Assembly: GCA_964016885.1 (NCBI GenBank)
Contig: OZ024742.1
Location: 156,178,001-156,242,000, forward strand
Reading direction: 5' to 3'
DNA length: 64,000 nucleotides
Origin: Eledone cirrhosa
Lineage: Eukaryota
Every line of letters begins with the position of its first letter. The first letter of the stretch is position 1. The notes beneath the pieces are model-generated. The model worked only from the letters and a program-made list of their open reading frames with translations, made no database searches and was not told where the DNA came from. The translations under genes were made by a program, and so were the position numbers. Positions 58,858 through 64,000 of this stretch are shown one piece after another.

Positions 58858-58917
<60 letters not shown>

Positions 58918-59257
58918 ATATATGTATGTGTATATATGTATAGTGAATATCATTTCACACCTTTTATTGTTAAGATTTTTGATGTTCTATTAAGAGAACC
59001 GATTTACTGAAAAAATCGAATAATGTACACCATTTTACCAGGGGGAAAAAAATACTGGTCCACCCACACACACACACACACATATTTATACACACACATA
59101 CACACGCGTACATTAACATACAAAGAGACTTATACACACACACGGACTTCTCCGTATAAGACAAAAGCTGAAAATTATCTTTTGACATGCTAAAATACAC
59201 CCCATTGCTTTCAGACACATTCTTAATGACCATCCCTGCTACCACGAATTACTCTGC

Positions 59258-59324
<67 letters not shown>

Positions 59325-59339
59325 ACACACCCACACCCA

Positions 59340-59374
<35 letters not shown>

Positions 59375-59443
59375 ATCTTAATAGCCATTTGACACACATC
59401 CCTGCTAACCATTATCACAACATCGAACACCTTACTACTACTA

Positions 59444-59481
<38 letters not shown>

Positions 59482-59979
59482 TTGTTGTGAAAGAGTCATT
59501 TCTCAATCTTGGCACAAAACCAATTTTTATTCACATGACCTCTACCGACCAATCAAAATTGTTTAGACCACAAGAATTTTTGCAAACACCAAGTAGCGCT
59601 GGAGCCACTTTATTAACATAAAAACAGTCTTGGCGCAAAATCAATTTTTTAGATTCACATGACCTCTACCGACCAATCAAAATTGTTTTGACCACAAGAA
59701 ATTTTGCAACACCAAAGTAACGCTGGAGCCACTGTTTTAACATAAAAACAGGTAGAATTCCCAAAACTAATCAGATCAGAGCAAACAGCACGGACACTCT
59801 ATCTCAAAATTATTTTTGAAAAGCATTTAGAAATGCGCAACCGGTAAAAACTTAAAAACTTAAAACCACAACTGAATACTAACCCATACAATCACTAATA
59901 CTCCTTTATTCCTAATTAAACCATTTTTCAACTGTGAACAAGTGAACAATTTGTCAGCATTTTCTATTCCGTTTACCAA
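58510..59979. mobile_element. Fold-back element with about 285-bp inverted arms and an HHR-like motif
   Basis: 58510-58792 is the reverse complement of 59688-59979; about 121-bp tandem duplication at 59507-59750; (CA)n inside. Confidence 0.85.
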
Positions 59980-60014
59980 TATATAATAACTTGTGTGTTA
60001 CACCTCTTTTCTTT

Positions 60015-60075
<61 letters not shown>

Positions 60076-60292
60076 GAAAGGTATAGAAATTGTTTTAGCG
60101 AGAAGCTAACAGTATTCTATAATATATATGCGACTATGTCGTCAAGATGTGAGAAATAGTTAACGTAAGATGTAGGAAAAATAATTCAAACTCATCTCAA
60201 AAGAGAATCAGGATACAATTTCATCCACTGAATTCAGTTAAATCCAGGGAAAAATCAATAGACCCTTAACTCATACATATATATATATATAT

Positions 60293-60867
60293 AAAATTAG
60301 TATATTACCAACATATATATACAGATGCATACCTATGCTAGCAAATATATAGGTTTTGTCTTAGTAACTTTGTGTTTCAATGCAAGGGGATGCAGAACAA
60401 TTATATGAAAGACGTAAAATAAGAAAATTATAAAAATTAACTTACTTACTTAAATTTCACTCCAACTAATTAGTTTCTGAAAGGGAATAAACATGGTTTC
60501 CGAACGGAACAACATGGAGAAAATCCTTTCGTCATCAGGAATTCTATTCTCAGCTAAGTTCCCAGGCAAAGCGTGGACACAGGGAACTTATACAAAAATA
60601 ATTCAGTGGACATTGAAATTCCAGGACATTGAAAAAATCACTGCCTACTTGGTCGGTGGCAAATTCAAAAGAATCAATCACGTGACATCAAGGTTAATCA
60701 GTGAGGAGTTGGGTGCTAATAAGACAGTAGCCTGACTATTACTATGAACCATAGTAGTAGTTTTGGCAAATTTTTGCTCAACAAAATAATTTGGAGATAA
60801 TTATAAAGAATTAGTATATCTACCAACATATATATACAGATGCATACCTATGCTAGCAAATATATAT
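60293..60867 (-). mobile_element. PLE pLTR-like remnant with about 55-bp direct terminal repeats and a degenerate HHR (60485-60544)
   Basis: Repeat 'attagtata...accaacatatatatacagatgcatacctatgctagcaaat' at both ends; minus strand CTGATGA-CGAA...TTCG-GAAA-CCATGTT. Confidence 0.55.
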
Positions 60868-61488
60868 ATATATATATATTTATATATGTATGTATGTATA
60901 CATATATATAAGTATGTATACATATATATAAGTATGTATACATATATATATATATGCCCCAGGGCTCTGGTGCCATCGGCGCTACGCGCGAGGAGCTGGC
61001 ATATCTGAGAACTGACTGGCTGCCTGATGAGTTCATAGCCATTCAATGGCTATCATCGAGGTATATATAGCAGTGGATGAGGGATTGTTGGTTCATGCAA
61101 TTGACCTATGTTTCGTCACTATATATATATTGTGTGTGTATGTATGTGTGTGCGTGTGAGTGTATAAACATGGAACAATTCATATTTTCCGAAAGGAATG
61201 GCAACTTTCGATACTATATTTGCTATTCCCCCAGAATATAATCTGTGTATATAGATATTATATAGATATATATCTATATTATATAGATATTAATCTTTTT
61301 CTTAACGGATCCACATGAGTGTTAGTTACAGAGCTTGGCTAGATATGGTTTCGCCACAGCTGAACATATTGCTGTCTTTTCTCATAAAACTCTGCCTGCC
61401 CGATGCTGTGCAGGAATCTATCTGCCATTTCGCCTATATATATATGTATAACATTTGATATTTATGTACATTTTTTTGCTTTTTCCAG

Positions 61489-61776
61489 TTCTGCCTGACG
61501 TCCGCTTACCAATTAAGCGGATGGGACAAATCCGAGGGAAGGAGACCATTCTAGATTGTATGATAACAGCCGTGCCTTTAGGGGGAATGGCATGGGAAAA
61601 AAACGGAGTAGTCCTGAAAAAGTCTTGGAAATATCGGATCGAACCCTATGATGAATCGGGAAATTCGTATACACTTAGCATTCGCATTATTGACTTGGAC
61701 GAGGATGATTTTGGAGATTACACGTGTGTGGCTTCGAATATATTAGGTAAAGACGAGGAAACGATGACTCTATACG
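61489..61776 (+). CDS. Ig I-set domain exon of a lachesin/IgLON/DIP-like cell adhesion protein
   Basis: ttttccag acceptor, G|gtaaat donor, 288 nt, phase 1-1; LPDVRLP...GQ..GKETILDC...AWEKNG...DFGDYTCVASNILG...LY. Confidence 0.92.
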
Positions 61777-62410
61777 GTAAATATTTATTTTTTTAATTCA
61801 CACTTCATTTGCCATGACTATATCACATAGTAATGGATGCACAAGTTAATATTTGTTTCATTTTCTAATGTTTGCTAAGTCAATTAATGTTCGGGTTTCA
61901 ACCGTCTCATTCGATTGATGCATTTCTCTTAATCAATTCTTTAAACAAATAGCCGCTACGTTTCGCAACATTTGACAGTATTGCGTTTACAAGCGTCCGC
62001 TTGAATGACGTTAGATTTAATAATATTACATTTAGAATAAATATTTAAATTATTCTGAAGTGGGAAACTGAATTTTGTAATAATTAAGAAACGTGTCAAT
62101 TTATTTATATTTTTTTTCCTTTTCGATACAGGATGCTCAACAAATATCTAGATATACCGCTTCAAATAGGAATAAAATTTACTACATGATATTCTGAAGA
62201 AAAATATTCATTGATTATAACATCACAACTTATCATAGTCGTTATCTAAGTATTTTCGAAGATGTCTTTAAACTATTCAATATGTACACAATTTGCTACT
62301 CGCATTGTAATACCATAGATTGCTCTATATTACTTGTATTACGATTCCGTGATGAATATGTCCGCATATATGTTTTTAATACATGAAGTTAATATCTTTC
62401 TATTTACCAG

Positions 62411-62593
62411 ATGCAACAACCGAGAGAAAAGTTTCACCGCCAAAACATGGAGAAGAAATGAATAAAGATGCTATGAGAAAAAATTATACAAAGCATAATG
62501 AAAAAAAGAATCCAAATATTTTTACACATACTAATATAAAACCTAATATACCAACCCCAGCAGGTGAAAGTGAAACAGGTTTTAAAATATTTG
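62411..62593 (+). CDS. Stalk/linker exon of the same gene
   Basis: tttaccag acceptor, G|gtatgt donor, 183 nt, phase 1-1, open: DATTERKVSPPK...GESETGFKIF. Confidence 0.75.
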
Positions 62594-63043
62594 GTATGTA
62601 TTTCTTCTGTATAAGTAGAGTTATCAACATTGACAATACTAAATCTGTTTTGTTTTCGTATATTATTAGGAGTATTATCTTACCGTAAAATAGCAGTGTT
62701 CTAATCTCATCATCTGTTTAATAACAATATCGTTATATGATATAACATGTAAAGCATTTTTCAACAAAATTTGTTTTTATTTTTCGGGAAAGCCGGATTT
62801 AAAATCGCTCGGTAAGCAAATTAGGCTAATCAGCTGAGGTATTCCTTTTAGAATACTATGTATTATCGGCAGATCCAACTGATAGCAGTGACAAGGGGTA
62901 TATAATATTGATAAGGGGCAATAAGTCCGAAACAATTGTCGACTATTTTCTCTCCTCTACCGCTGGAACAAAGGATTACGTCATTCATCTAGAAAAGACA
63001 CATTGTATTATGAGGCTGTTTGCTTGCAAACGAACCGAATATT

Positions 63044-63244
63044 AATAATACAATTATTATAATTGATTCTACTTTTGGCACAAGGCCAGCAAATATCCCA
63101 GTGTATTACTGGTACTTTATTTTATCGACCCCGTAAGGATGAACGGCATAGTTAAACTCGACTGGATTTGAACTCAGACCTTAATGGGCCGTAAGTCTAT
63201 GCGGCAAAGCATGGCGTCCGACCCTCTACCGAGACTGCCAATCC
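63044..63244 (-). mobile_element. tRNA-derived SINE (copy 3), intronic, antisense to the host gene
   Basis: Reverse complement aligns with copies 1 and 2. Confidence 0.82.
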
Positions 63245-63395
63245 TATTATATTATTATTATTCACTCACGCATAAATTTAATTCTCTATGCTGTTAATTA
63301 TCCATTGAAAAATCTGAATGATATTGAATTTGTTTCTGTCTTTTCTATGTTACATTTATGTGTTTAACTAATGGATTTCAATTTTCTCTTCACAG

Positions 63396-63514
63396 AATCT
63401 CCCTATCCAGAACGCAGTAGCGGCAACGGTGAATGTAGATTAGGATGGAATGGAAGATCATTGCTTTCGCTTTTCAGCTTATTCATTGCAGCGCTTTGTT
63501 TCTTTATGGAGTAA
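63396..63514 (+). CDS. Terminal coding exon with GPI-anchor-like signal
   Basis: ttttctcttcacag acceptor; in frame (E)SPYPERSSGNGECRLGWNGRSLLSLFSLFIAALCFFME*, i.e. small-residue omega region plus hydrophobic C-terminus. Confidence 0.82.
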
Positions 63515-64000
63515 ATGAAGAGCAGACATTTTGTTAAATGTACTGCTTTGCCTCTGCCCGATTCTGCAAGTATCACACAAGAATACTGTTGGTTTTTTCC
63601 ATAGAATGCGACACTTTTTTGCAAACTCGAAATCCATATAATTTCAATTGAAAGAAATTTTAAATGGTTGTTGCAAACAAAAATGGCCTACTTAATGACA
63701 TTTCCAGAGACTCTCAGGTTTTCTTTGAATTATCTGTGTATATATTTTGCTATAATATCGTATCTTAACGATATCAACCAAAAACATTAACTGAAAAGCA
63801 TTGACGAGAAATTGTATGAATGAAGTGAACAAAACACCTCAGTGCGAGAGACCGGGAGAGAGAGAGGGGGAGAGAGAAAGCGAGAAAGTGAAAGAGAGTG
63901 GGGGTGACGAATATACTGAGGGGAAGAGAAAGGGAGAGGGAGGTGCAGAAAAGGAAAAAAAAACAAAAATAAAATATTGAGCGCGGTGGGGAGATTAGAA

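Noticed and set aside
60493-60735. 80-aa ORF
   Set aside because: Antisense to a pLTR-like repeat; no recognisable domain
60956-61065. CTGATGA followed by hairpin ATAGCCA/TGGCTAT, possible HHR
   Set aside because: No GAAA or stem III follows; left as an unassigned GC-rich island

Overview
Eukaryotic, very AT-rich, repeat-dominated genomic DNA. The repeat and exon content suggests a mollusc, probably a cephalopod (inference). Much of 1-40 kb is interrupted (TA)n microsatellite, with a 200-N assembly gap at 26101-26300. Almost all long ORFs in the track are Tyr/Ile translation artefacts of these arrays. Embedded in the microsatellites are: (i) fragments of two CR1-group LINE families in (TA)n; (ii) a 5'-truncated Penelope-like element (PLE; YRDD RT plus C-terminal GIY-YIG) and many short non-coding PLE-type remnants, many of them fold-back palindromes carrying hammerhead ribozyme (HHR) motifs of several designs; (iii) four R4/Dong-clade RLE retrotransposons, two in (TACA)n and two in (TAA)n; (iv) three tRNA-derived SINEs. 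The only host gene seen is the 3' end of a lachesin/IgLON-like GPI-anchored Ig protein (+ strand, three phase-1 exons at 61.5-63.5 kb), with a possible alternative terminal exon giving a secreted form. The most interesting signal is a set of retroelements partitioned by microsatellite type, together with a dense, structurally varied set of HHR-bearing palindromic elements. All structures were folded by eye and coordinates of degenerate repeats are approximate.
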